Below, one piece after another: positions 17,347 through 28,169 of a stretch of DNA of 34,931 bases; the stretch's first letter is position 1, and each line of letters opens with the position of its first letter. The notes beneath the pieces were generated by a model that searched no databases, had not been told where the DNA came from, and saw only the letters and a program-made list of their open reading frames with translations. The stretch spans positions 1 to 34,931 of the forward strand of contig JBBDJW010000004.1 of NCBI GenBank assembly GCA_040879685.1, read 5' to 3'. Origin of the DNA: Minisyncoccota bacterium. GTDB taxonomy: Bacteria > Patescibacteriota > Minisyncoccia > Phycocordibacterales > UBA2135. The translations under genes were made by a program, and so were the position numbers.

Positions 17347-18066
17347 ATGCTCGCTAACATTCAAGCAAAAAATAATAACACAAAAAAAGGATTCACCTCC
17401 ACACCTTTCCTCACTTTATTGCGTGGTATAGGAAAACCACGAGAGAGTGTTGCTGTGTATGCACACAACAAACACCTCGGTATGAAAGGTGCAATGAGAC
17501 ACGAAGTGAGAAAAGGTAGTCGGGGGTTTACCGTCATTGAGCTTTTTGTAACTGCTGGTATTTTTGTTTTAATAAGCGGTCTCCTGCTCGCTAACTATGG
17601 AAATTTTGCCGGCTCAACAGTTATTAACAATCTCGCTCATGAGGTTGCGCTTTCTATTCGTCAAGCACAAGTTTTTGGTATTGGTGTGCAAGAATTTGGA
17701 GTTGGCTCGGGACTGTTCCTAAGCCATGGAATTTATTATTCCTCAAACGACCCGACCTTACTGCGTCTTTTCGCAGATGTCGATAAAGATGGTAAGTATG
17801 AAGAAGGAGAACTTGCTGAGCTTTTTACGCTTCGCAAAGGCAATGAAATACAGAGAGTTTGTGGCTACGAAACAACATCGAAAAATGCCCCCTGCGTAGA
17901 GCTTTCTGAGCTCAATGTCACCTTTACGCGCCCAAATCCTGAGGCGATTATTACCGGTACACCAAACGCGCAGTACGCTTACGCTCGCATTACTCTAGTC
18001 TCTCCTGGTGGATTAACGCGCGATATTTTGGTATGGGCAAATGGACAAGTTTCTATTTTGCAATAA
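17347..18066 (+). CDS. Minor type IV pilin with extended leader (duplicated GFT)
   Basis: KKGFT...(45 aa)...RG|FTVIELFV plus hydrophobic helix; C-terminal NGQV. Confidence 0.88.
   Translation: MLANIQAKNNNTKKGFTSTPFLTLLRGIGKPRESVAVYAHNKHLGMKGAMRHEVRKGSRGFTVIELFVTAGIFVLISGLLLANYGNFAGSTVINNLAHEVALSIRQAQVFGIGVQEFGVGSGLFLSHGIYYSSNDPTLLRLFADVDKDGKYEEGELAELFTLRKGNEIQRVCGYETTSKNAPCVELSELNVTFTRPNPEAIITGTPNAQYAYARITLVSPGGLTRDILVWANGQVSILQ
17389..17531 (+). mobile_element. 135-bp in-frame palindromic insert in pilin leader
   Basis: GGATTCAC (17389) and GGGTTTAC (17524) direct copies; terminal stem ACCTTTCCTCACTT / AAGTGAGAAAAGGT; internal hairpins. Confidence 0.7.
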
Positions 18067-18108
18067 TAAGCACTTTCTCCTGCGGAGTCTAGAATAATAA
18101 AAATTATC

Positions 18109-18702
18109 ATGTTGGAAAATAGTACACAACAAAAAATATCACACACCACAAACCTTGCGCCGCAAAGCAAGAAATGGTGTCGGGGGTTTACTTTAGTTGA
18201 GCTTATTGTTTCACTGGGGCTTTTTACCGCCGTGGCGCTTATTTCAATCGGAGCGCTTTTAAGTGTTGTTTCTGCCAACAAAAAAGTTCAGTCACTTCGC
18301 GTCGTCATGGATAATTTAAACTTTTCCGTTGAAAGTATGGCGCGCAGTATGCGTGTGGGAAGTTCCTATCAGTGTGGAGGCATTAATGCAATCCCCAATG
18401 ATTGCGGAGAGTTAGGAAGTGATATTGTTTCCTTCAAAGATATAAACGGAAGCGTTGTTGTATATCGTCTGCACGACAGCTCAATTCAACGCTCAACAGA
18501 TGGCGGACTCTCCTATCTTGATATGACAAGCCCTGAAATCACCATTGAAAAGTTACGATTTTTTGTTAGGGGGGCTCTTAAAGGAGATCAACGTCAGCCA
18601 CGAGTTCTCTTTATTACTGAGGGAGTCGCGGGGGTTAAAGATTTAGAGCAGGCTGAGTTTAACCTCCAGACAACCATTTCACAACGACCACTGGACACAT
18701 AA
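18109..18702 (+). CDS. Minor type IV pilin (PilW/PulJ-like)
   Basis: RG|FTLVELIVSLGLF; MARSMR; C-terminal LQTTISQR. Confidence 0.88.
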   Translation: MLENSTQQKISHTTNLAPQSKKWCRGFTLVELIVSLGLFTAVALISIGALLSVVSANKKVQSLRVVMDNLNFSVESMARSMRVGSSYQCGGINAIPNDCGELGSDIVSFKDINGSVVVYRLHDSSIQRSTDGGLSYLDMTSPEITIEKLRFFVRGALKGDQRQPRVLFITEGVAGVKDLEQAEFNLQTTISQRPLDT

Positions 18703-18730
18703 TTTTTCTATGATGAGAAAAAGAAAAACA

Positions 18731-19309
18731 ATGAAAAATAATAAAGAGTTCACCTCCACACCTTTCCTCACGAGGTTGCCTCTGGCAACGCACAAGGTGC
18801 GTCGAGATGAAAGGTGTCGGGGGTTCACGCTTATAGAGACACTCGTTGGTATCGCGATTCTCTTGCTTGCCGTAACTGGAACATTAACCACCGTTGCTAC
18901 AAACCTTTCTTTTTCAAGTTCTGTGAGAGAAGAGGTAACAGCTTTTTTTCTTGCGAGTGAAGCAATGGAAGTAATTCGTAACACACGAGATAATAATTCG
19001 TTAGAGGGAAATCCATGGCTTCAAGGAATTCAGGGTAATTGTGGCGGTTCATCGGCGTGTATCGTTGATGCCACAAAAATTGGAGACCCAACAACATCAT
19101 GTGGTACAGAGTGTCCCAATTTGCAACTTAACAGTGCAGGAGTCTATCAATATTCCCAAGGAGCCGAGACCCCCTTTAGAAGAGAGGTGCGAGTAAATGT
19201 TATTCATCCCGCCAAGGAGGCGATGGTTGAGGTAAGTGTTTTTTGGAAAAGACGGGGTATTGAGAAAAGTTTTTCCATAACAGAGAATATCCTTAATTGG
19301 CAAAATTAG
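18731..19309 (+). CDS. Minor type IV pilin (PilV-like) with leader insert
   Basis: KEFTSTPFLT...RG|FTLIETLVGIAIL; A..LA.E.ME..RN.RD. The start could also be 18710. Confidence 0.88.
   Translation: MKNNKEFTSTPFLTRLPLATHKVRRDERCRGFTLIETLVGIAILLLAVTGTLTTVATNLSFSSSVREEVTAFFLASEAMEVIRNTRDNNSLEGNPWLQGIQGNCGGSSACIVDATKIGDPTTSCGTECPNLQLNSAGVYQYSQGAETPFRREVRVNVIHPAKEAMVEVSVFWKRRGIEKSFSITENILNWQN
18746..18828 (+). mobile_element. 75-bp in-frame palindromic insert in pilin leader
   Basis: GAGTTCAC (18746) and GGGTTCAC (18821) direct copies; 23 bp identical to 17392-17414; internal hairpins. Confidence 0.7.
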
Positions 19310-19310
19310 T

Positions 19311-21852
<2,542 letters not shown>

Positions 21853-22182
21853 GAAACTGATACTTTTATGAGAGACCTTGAATATTCAAGAAACTCAAGA
21901 GCATTTTACTTTTACAAGGAGGGATGAAGAACGTGGCAGGTGCAGAAACCTTAGAGGAAGCTCAGCAGAAATATATTAGCTGGGTAAAAAGTTTCCTCAA
22001 TCGGCGATTCTACACTCATCCTTTGAGTCAAACAGATCGTTTTCTGAAATTGCTTCTGTTGCACGAAGAGTAAAATTACAGCAAAAAAATGAAGGGATAG
22101 AAGTGCTGTCGTGTATTTTGCCCTGCTACGACGGGTCTTTTCTTTACTTCAATTCGCGCTCATTTACTGCTATTATTTAAAA

Positions 22183-22464
22183 ATGGACAAAGAAAACGTA
22201 TTTAAACTCGCAGATCTCGCGCATATAGAAATATCGGATACAGAAGCAGAAAAGCTTGTTCGCGACCTCTCCTCTATTGTGGAGTATGTTTCCCATCTCC
22301 AGGAAGTTTCAGGGGTTGAGGCGCTGGAGAAAAAAGTAGGGGCATTTCACAATATAATGCGTGAGGATGAAAATCCTCATGACTCAGGAATCTATACAGA
22401 AAAACTTTTGAATGAAGCACCGGAGCGGGAGGGCGATTACATTAAGGTTAAAAAAATTTTGTAG
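22183..22464 (+). CDS. gatC: Asp/Glu-tRNA amidotransferase subunit C
   Basis: V.KLA.LA.I, MRED, NEAP..EGDYIKVKKIL; directly upstream of gatA. Confidence 0.92.
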   Translation: MDKENVFKLADLAHIEISDTEAEKLVRDLSSIVEYVSHLQEVSGVEALEKKVGAFHNIMREDENPHDSGIYTEKLLNEAPEREGDYIKVKKIL

Positions 22465-22466
22465 TT

Positions 22467-23924
22467 ATGATTGATGTGAGCTCACTTACAATAGATAAGG
22501 TACATGAGCACCTTGTGTGTGGTGATTTTTCTGTGAAAGAGTTGGTTGATGCATGCCTCTCGCAGGGCAGGAAGCACGCATCTCTTAATGCGTATCTTGA
22601 AATATATGGTGATATAGAGGGCGAGATAAAACGAGCACAAAGAGAAATTGATACAAAAAAAGAAAAAGCAGATGTACTGACAGGCATTCCGCTTGCTATC
22701 AAAGATAATATTTTGGTTGAAGAAAAAAAAATATCGTGTGGCTCAAAAATACTTGAAGGTTATAGTGCAACATATGATGCCCATGTAATTGCGGAACTTA
22801 AAAAAAGAGGTGTTATTTTTCTTGGGAGAACAAACATGGATGAGTTTGCGATGGGAAGCTCAACTGAAAATTCAGCCTTTGGTACAACAAAAAATCCATA
22901 TGATGAGAAGCGTGTTGCGGGTGGCTCGTCGGGTGGGAGTGCGGCAGTTGTTTCTTTTAGTGGCGCACTTGGCGCACTTGGCTCTGATACTGGTGGCTCT
23001 ATTCGCCAGCCGGCAGCCTTTTGCGGTGTTGTTGGTTTGAAGAGCACCTATGGAAGTGTTTCTAGAAATGGGCTTGTCGCGCTTGCCTCTTCTCTTGATC
23101 AAATTGGTCCCTTTGCAAAAAACGTAGGAGATACACGCATACTCTTTAATGCAATCTCATCATATGACCCTAAAGATAGTACCTCGTACAATGAAAAAAC
23201 AAGAAAAAAAATGCGTTTAGATGTTAGTAGCAAGAAAAAAATAGGTGTTCCGCGCCACCTTTTTAAGGAAGGGGTAGATGAAGATGTACTGGCAAACTTT
23301 GAAGAAACTCTCTCTTCTTTTAAGAGTATTGGATATGAGATTGTTGATATAGAGCTTCCTTCGTCGGAGTTTGCCCTTTCAGCATATTACATTATTCTAC
23401 CGGCAGAGGCCTCCAGTAATCTTGCGCGATTTGATGGCGTTCGCTTTGGTTTGCATAAAAACGGTAATGATATGATTGGGGATTATGGCGCGACCCGTGG
23501 GGAAGGGTTTGGCATAGAAGTGCGAAGGCGAATTCTTCTTGGTACCTATGTTCTTTCTGCAGGATATTATGATGCATATTACAATAAAGCAATTGCTGTT
23601 CGTGAAAAAATAAGCGAAGAATTTTTAGAAGCCTTTGAAAGTGTTGATGTAATTATGACACCAACAACGCCGACACCCGCGTTTAAAATTGGCGAAAAAA
23701 CAGAGAATCCGCTTGCGATGTATCTTTCTGATATTTTTACCGTCTCTTCTAATATCACAGGAACACCTGCGCTATCGGTTCCTTCGGGATTTGTTGAAAG
23801 AGATGGTAAAAAGTTGCCTGTGGCTCTTCAAATAATGGCGCCACATTTCGGTGAAGAAGAGCTTTTTAAGATAGGGTGTGAATATGAGGGGCTTCGGGAT
23901 ACAAAAGATGGTATTATAAAATAA
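22467..23924 (+). CDS. gatA: Asp/Glu-tRNA amidotransferase subunit A
   Basis: AIKDN, NMDEFAMGSSTE, GGSSGGS, GSDTGGSIRQPA, EASSNLARFDG. Confidence 0.97.
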   Translation: MIDVSSLTIDKVHEHLVCGDFSVKELVDACLSQGRKHASLNAYLEIYGDIEGEIKRAQREIDTKKEKADVLTGIPLAIKDNILVEEKKISCGSKILEGYSATYDAHVIAELKKRGVIFLGRTNMDEFAMGSSTENSAFGTTKNPYDEKRVAGGSSGGSAAVVSFSGALGALGSDTGGSIRQPAAFCGVVGLKSTYGSVSRNGLVALASSLDQIGPFAKNVGDTRILFNAISSYDPKDSTSYNEKTRKKMRLDVSSKKKIGVPRHLFKEGVDEDVLANFEETLSSFKSIGYEIVDIELPSSEFALSAYYIILPAEASSNLARFDGVRFGLHKNGNDMIGDYGATRGEGFGIEVRRRILLGTYVLSAGYYDAYYNKAIAVREKISEEFLEAFESVDVIMTPTTPTPAFKIGEKTENPLAMYLSDIFTVSSNITGTPALSVPSGFVERDGKKLPVALQIMAPHFGEEELFKIGCEYEGLRDTKDGIIK

Positions 23925-23926
23925 TT

Positions 23927-24550
23927 ATGGAGCAGAGTCTTTTAGCGCAACTAGTACGGGGAGAGATTTTTGAACCAACCTTTCTTAATCTAGGGTATCT
24001 TTACAACCTTATCTTAAATGGGATTCTTGACCTATTGCGCCTTATCTTTTCACCACTTCTTTTAATTGGTCCTCTTCAAGATGATTTTTGGAGAGTTGTT
24101 TTTTGGATTATTTCCCTCCTTCTCTTTCTGGCGCTTCTCTGGGTTTTCTTTAAATATCATGAGCTTCGTCGCGCCGAAGATGAGAAATATGAGGAATTAC
24201 TTGAGAGTACTTCCCGCGAGGTTTCAGAGACAAGGAGGAGTGCGCGGTGGGGGAAGGTGATGGATCATCTTGATTCACTGCATGAGGCTGACTGGCGACT
24301 TGGTATTTTAGAGGCAGATAACATGCTTGGTGAGATTCTTGATTCAATGGGATATGTGGGCGATACAATTGGGGAACAACTTCAAGCTATTGAACCATCA
24401 GACTTTCGGACACTTAACCAAGCGTGGGAAGCGCACAAGGTTCGCAATAAAATAGCGCACGAAGGCGCAGAGTTTGCACTTAGCAAGCGCGAAGCGCAAA
24501 GAGTCACCAACCTCTTCAAAGAAGTGTTTGAAGAGTTTCATTATATTTAA
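23927..24550 (+). CDS. Conserved hypothetical membrane protein
   Basis: 207-aa ORF with a TM segment, then W..V..H......WRL.ILEAD..L...GE.L...AWEAHKVRNKIAH; 2 bp after gatA. Confidence 0.8.
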   Translation: MEQSLLAQLVRGEIFEPTFLNLGYLYNLILNGILDLLRLIFSPLLLIGPLQDDFWRVVFWIISLLLFLALLWVFFKYHELRRAEDEKYEELLESTSREVSETRRSARWGKVMDHLDSLHEADWRLGILEADNMLGEILDSMGYVGDTIGEQLQAIEPSDFRTLNQAWEAHKVRNKIAHEGAEFALSKREAQRVTNLFKEVFEEFHYI

Positions 24551-24650
24551 AAAGTGCGTTAGTATTTTTTTTAGAAACCATAAAAGGGAATGGAAATAAC
24601 AACGGAAAGAAGTTGATTTTAACGGCATGGTAGTGTACTATCCTTATTGT

Positions 24651-24721
24651 AGCGGGTTGGAGGAGAGGTACCTCGGGAGGCTCATAACCTCCAGACGCCG
24701 GTTCGATTCCGGCACCCGCAA
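24651..24721 (+). tRNA. tRNA-Met(CAT), probable initiator fMet
   Basis: Cloverleaf with 1:72 mismatch, A11-U24, anticodon arm GGAGG-CTCATAA-CCTCC and T arm GCCGG-TTCGATT-CCGGC. Confidence 0.88.
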
Positions 24722-24725
24722 CATG

Positions 24726-24769
24726 AAAACAAAAGAATCCTTGCTTTAAAGCAAGGATTCTTTTGTTTT
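24726..24769. terminator. 44-bp perfect palindrome, bidirectional terminator-like
   Basis: AAAACAAAAGAATCCTTGCTTT|AAAGCAAGGATTCTTTTGTTTT. Confidence 0.8.
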
Positions 24770-24805
24770 GAAGTTAAGTGTGATACCTTTTGTAATGTAC
24801 TTAAT

Positions 24806-24879
24806 GTCGGGGTAGCTCAGTTGGTTAGAGCGCAACACTCATAAAGTTGAGGTCGTGAGTTCAATTCTCACCCCCGACA
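24806..24879 (+). tRNA. tRNA with CAT anticodon (elongator Met more likely than Ile2)
   Basis: GTCGGGG/CCCCGAC acceptor, TAGCTCAGTTGGTTAGAGC D arm, loop CTCATAA, A31:A39 mismatch. Confidence 0.9.
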
Positions 24880-24954
24880 CAATTGTAAAAGACACCTTTT
24901 TAGTGTATTGTATTTCCTATCTGTGATGGAATGTAAATTTCTGAAACAGTAATT

Positions 24955-25029
24955 GCGGTCGTAGCTCAATTTGGTTAGAGCGCCGCCCTGTCACGGCGGA
25001 GGTTGCGAGTTCAAGTCTCGTCGATCGCG
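24955..25029 (+). tRNA. tRNA-Asp(GTC)
   Basis: CCGCC-CTGTCAC-GGCGG anticodon arm; discriminator G. Confidence 0.95.
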
Positions 25030-25031
25030 CA

Positions 25032-25222
25032 TAAAACACTTTGGTATCAATGCCTGAGCGTTGATACCTTAGTGTTTTACCGACGACGCGAGACTTGAAC
25101 CGAGGACTGGCATTGCTCGCCGAAGGTGACAGCCCGAGTGGAGGTCAAAGGAGTGAGATATTTATGAGCACAAAGTGCGAAAGAAATATCCACGAGAGTG
25201 ACCAAGTCTCGTCGATCGCGCA
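25032..25222 (+). mobile_element. Miniature structured element at the tRNA-Asp 3' end with 20-bp direct repeat
   Basis: CAAGTCTCGTCGATCGCGCA at 25012-25031 and 25203-25222; inverted T-arm copy at 25089-25100; hairpin at 25032-25079. Confidence 0.7.
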
Positions 25223-25228
25223 CTACGT

Positions 25229-25264
25229 GCCACCTTAGCTCAGTTTCCGCCAGAGGCGGACAGG
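25229..25264 (+). pseudogene. tRNA-Thr 5' fragment interrupted by REP-like hairpin
   Basis: GCCACCTTAGCTCAGTT is identical to 25321-25337 and is followed by TCCGCC-AGA-GGCGGA-CAGG. Confidence 0.7.
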
Positions 25265-25320
25265 GTCCGAGTGACACTATGAGTTGAGGTGTAGCAACAA
25301 AAAAAGTACAAAATAATCAT

Positions 25321-25396
25321 GCCACCTTAGCTCAGTTGGTAGAGCGACGCACTCGTAACGCGTAGGTCCCCAGTTCAATCCTGGGAGGTGGCTCCA
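25321..25396 (+). tRNA. tRNA-Thr(CGT), CCA encoded
   Basis: GCCACCT/AGGTGGC acceptor; loop CTCGTAA. Confidence 0.95.
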
Positions 25397-25432
25397 GCTG
25401 AATATCAGCACCCAGTTCCCAGCACCCAGAGT

Positions 25433-25505
25433 GCCACCCTAGCTCAGTTGGTAGAGCATTCCCATGGTAAGGGAAAGGTCGCCGGTTCAAACCCGGCGGG
25501 TGGCT
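25433..25505 (+). tRNA. tRNA-Thr(GGT)
   Basis: GCCACCC/GGGTGGC acceptor; TTCCC-ATGGTAA-GGGAA. Confidence 0.95.
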
Positions 25506-25625
25506 CCTTAAAACACCTCTTCTGGGCGAGTGCCCAAGCGAGCATCTTGTAGGCGGGATATTCTGCTAATTTTTTGAGGTTTTTCCATATTGGAGAAGCC
25601 ACTCTAAATTGGTATAATAAGCCAG

Positions 25626-26513
25626 ATGGAAAAGCATACGGAAAGCACAGGAGAAAAAATAGAGAAGATTGAGAAGGAGATGGAGGGGCCGCACTTTTGG
25701 GATGACAAAGAGCGCGCACAAGAAAAAATTCGGGAGTTGAATGTTCTTAAGGAAAAACAAAAAGGAGCTCTGCGTTACGACACTCTTTCATCAGTTCTCA
25801 CACTCTATGCCGGCGCAGGAGGAGATGATGCGGAAGATTTTGTACGTATGCTCTATGAGATGTTTGTAAAATATGGAGAGAAGAGAGGGTGGGAGAGCAA
25901 CACACTTCATGAGCACCAAAATGAAACCGGTGGATATAAAAACATAAGTTTTGAGATTCGTGGCAAGGGTGCATATGGTACACTAAAAAACGAGGCGGGG
26001 GTGCACCGTCTTGTGCGCATCTCGCCGTTCTCTGCAAAAAAACTCCGTCACACTTCTTTTGTTATGGTTGAGGTGATTCCAAAGTTTTCTCAAAAAGACA
26101 CAGAAGTTGAAGTACGTGATGATGATATTGAAATTCAGTTTGCGCGCTCCAGTGGTCCGGGAGGGCAGAATGTAAACAAGCGCGAAACAGCCGTTCGTAT
26201 AACGCACACACCAACAGGAATTTCAGCGCATGCCAGCACAGGGCGGACACAAGCAGAAAATAGAGAACGAGCCCTTGAGATATTGAAAGGAAAACTTTTT
26301 CGTCTTGAACAGGAAAAACAAAAAAAGAAAGAACAGGCGCTTATGATAGGAAATACAACTCCCGCGGAATGGGGGAGTCAGATTCGCTCGTACGTTCTTC
26401 ATCCTTATAAGATGGTGAAAGACCACAGAACTAATGTTGAAGTAGGAGATGTAGATGCAGTGCTCCAGGAAGGTGAGCTTTCAGAATTTATAAAAGCAGA
26501 ACAAAAATTATAA
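25626..26513 (+). CDS. prfB: Peptide chain release factor 2 (N-terminally shortened)
   Basis: GAGG, GVHRLVRISPF (SPF), SGPGGQNVNK (GGQ), WGSQIRSYVLHPY. Confidence 0.95.
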   Translation: MEKHTESTGEKIEKIEKEMEGPHFWDDKERAQEKIRELNVLKEKQKGALRYDTLSSVLTLYAGAGGDDAEDFVRMLYEMFVKYGEKRGWESNTLHEHQNETGGYKNISFEIRGKGAYGTLKNEAGVHRLVRISPFSAKKLRHTSFVMVEVIPKFSQKDTEVEVRDDDIEIQFARSSGPGGQNVNKRETAVRITHTPTGISAHASTGRTQAENRERALEILKGKLFRLEQEKQKKKEQALMIGNTTPAEWGSQIRSYVLHPYKMVKDHRTNVEVGDVDAVLQEGELSEFIKAEQKL

Positions 26514-27190
26514 TGATTCATTTTGATAAAGTTTCTAAACGATATTCAAACGCCACAGCATTAGATAGTGTTGATTTTTCAATCACCCCTGGGGAATTTA
26601 TCTCGGTTGTTGGCCACTCGGGCGCGGGGAAAACGACGCTCTTGAGAATGCTTCTCATTGAAGAGAAACCTTCCGAAGGAAGCGTGTTTTATGAATCGGT
26701 GGATGTACATGCTTTAGATCCTAGAGAAATTCCCAATTATCGTAAAAAAATAGGGATTGTTTCTCAAGACTTTCGTCTTCTTCCCTACAAAACTGCTTAT
26801 GAAAATGTTGCTTTTGCAATGGAGGTTGCCGGGAAAACAGACACAGAAATTGAGTCTGATGTACCAGAAGTTCTTGAGCTTGTTGACCTTGGCGATAAGG
26901 TTTGGAATTTTCCGCATGAGCTCTCTGGCGGAGAAAAACAGAGGGTTGCTATTGCACGGGCTATTGTGAATCAACCCGACATTATTGTTGCTGATGAACC
27001 CACAGGAAATCTTGACCCATTAAACACACATGAAATTGTTGAGATATTAAAGAAGGTCAATGATATGGGCACAACAGTTATTTTGACCACACACAACAAG
27101 GGAGTTATTGATGCACTTAGTCGGCGTGTTATTACTATGGAGCACGGTAAAATTATCCGTGATGATAAAAGCGGGCGATATATACTTTAA
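26513..27190 (+). CDS. ftsE: Cell division ABC ATPase FtsE
   Basis: GHSGAGKTT, QDFRLL, LSGGEKQRV, ADEPTGNLD; upstream of ftsX. Confidence 0.93.
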   Translation: MIHFDKVSKRYSNATALDSVDFSITPGEFISVVGHSGAGKTTLLRMLLIEEKPSEGSVFYESVDVHALDPREIPNYRKKIGIVSQDFRLLPYKTAYENVAFAMEVAGKTDTEIESDVPEVLELVDLGDKVWNFPHELSGGEKQRVAIARAIVNQPDIIVADEPTGNLDPLNTHEIVEILKKVNDMGTTVILTTHNKGVIDALSRRVITMEHGKIIRDDKSGRYIL

Positions 27191-27201
27191 TTCACTCTAT
27201 C

Positions 27202-28146
27202 ATGCTACTTACCAATATACGAAGAATTATACGAACGGGGTTTCTCAATTTTTGGCGCAATGGCTTTGTGTCTCTTGCCTCCGTTCTTATTCTCACCATC
27301 ACGCTCTTTGTTATTGGCTCACTCGTTTTCTTTAGCGCAATAATGAACGCCTCACTTTCCCAATTGAAAGACAAGGTTGATATTAATGTTTACTTTGTTA
27401 CTGAGGCTCTAGAAGACAACATCTTTGCCCTTCAGTCATCTCTCGAGGCTCTTCCTGAGGTGAAAGAGGTGTCGTATACGTCTCGCGAAGTGGCGCTTGC
27501 TGAATTCAGGGAACGGCATAAAAACGACTTTCTCACGATCCAAGCCCTTGAAGAGCTTGATGAAAACCCTCTTGGTGCAAGCTTAAATATTAGTGCGCAA
27601 GAGACAAGCCAGTATGAGAGTATTGCACACTTTCTTGATAACTATAGTGAAGGGAGGGAGGGTGAGGTGCAGATTGTAGATAAAATAAATTATTATCAAA
27701 ATAAAGTAGCTATTGATAGGCTCGCCGCTGTTATTGAAGGGTCGGAACGACTTGGTATTGCCATTGTGTTGGTGCTTGCTGTTATCTCCATACTCATTAC
27801 CTTTAATACTATTCGTCTGGCTATTTATTCATCTCGTGAAGAGATTAACGTCATGCGCCTTGTTGGTGCTGATGATAAATACGTAAGAGGACCTTTTATT
27901 GTTGAAGGGTTTTTGTACGGATTAGTCTCGGCAATTATTGTTTCTCTTGTTTTCTATCCTCTTACTCTTTGGCTTGGCGGAGCAACCGAGCAGTTTTTTG
28001 GGGGTCTTAATATTGGAAAGTATTACCAAGAACATTTCGGCCAAGTTTTCTCCATCTTGGTGCTTTCAGGAATTGTGCTTGGTGTCGCCTCAAGTTTTTT
28101 TGCGGTGAGAAGGTATCTTACCAAAAAATATCTCAATAATTCTTAA
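27202..28146 (+). CDS. ftsX: Cell division permease FtsX
   Basis: Four TM segments; ENPL.AS; NTIRLAIYS.REEI.VMRLVGA....VRGPF.VEG. Confidence 0.93.
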   Translation: MLLTNIRRIIRTGFLNFWRNGFVSLASVLILTITLFVIGSLVFFSAIMNASLSQLKDKVDINVYFVTEALEDNIFALQSSLEALPEVKEVSYTSREVALAEFRERHKNDFLTIQALEELDENPLGASLNISAQETSQYESIAHFLDNYSEGREGEVQIVDKINYYQNKVAIDRLAAVIEGSERLGIAIVLVLAVISILITFNTIRLAIYSSREEINVMRLVGADDKYVRGPFIVEGFLYGLVSAIIVSLVFYPLTLWLGGATEQFFGGLNIGKYYQEHFGQVFSILVLSGIVLGVASSFFAVRRYLTKKYLNNS

Positions 28147-28169
28147 TTTTTTTATTCTCTATCTTGACT

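Noticed and set aside
21860-22110. Short ORF fragments between ligA and gatC (e.g. MKNVAGAETLEEAQQK...)
   Set aside because: Under 50 aa with no recognisable motif. It could be a gene remnant, but this cannot be supported.
22183-23924. gatCA without gatB
   Set aside because: gatB is often encoded elsewhere, and absence from one window says nothing.
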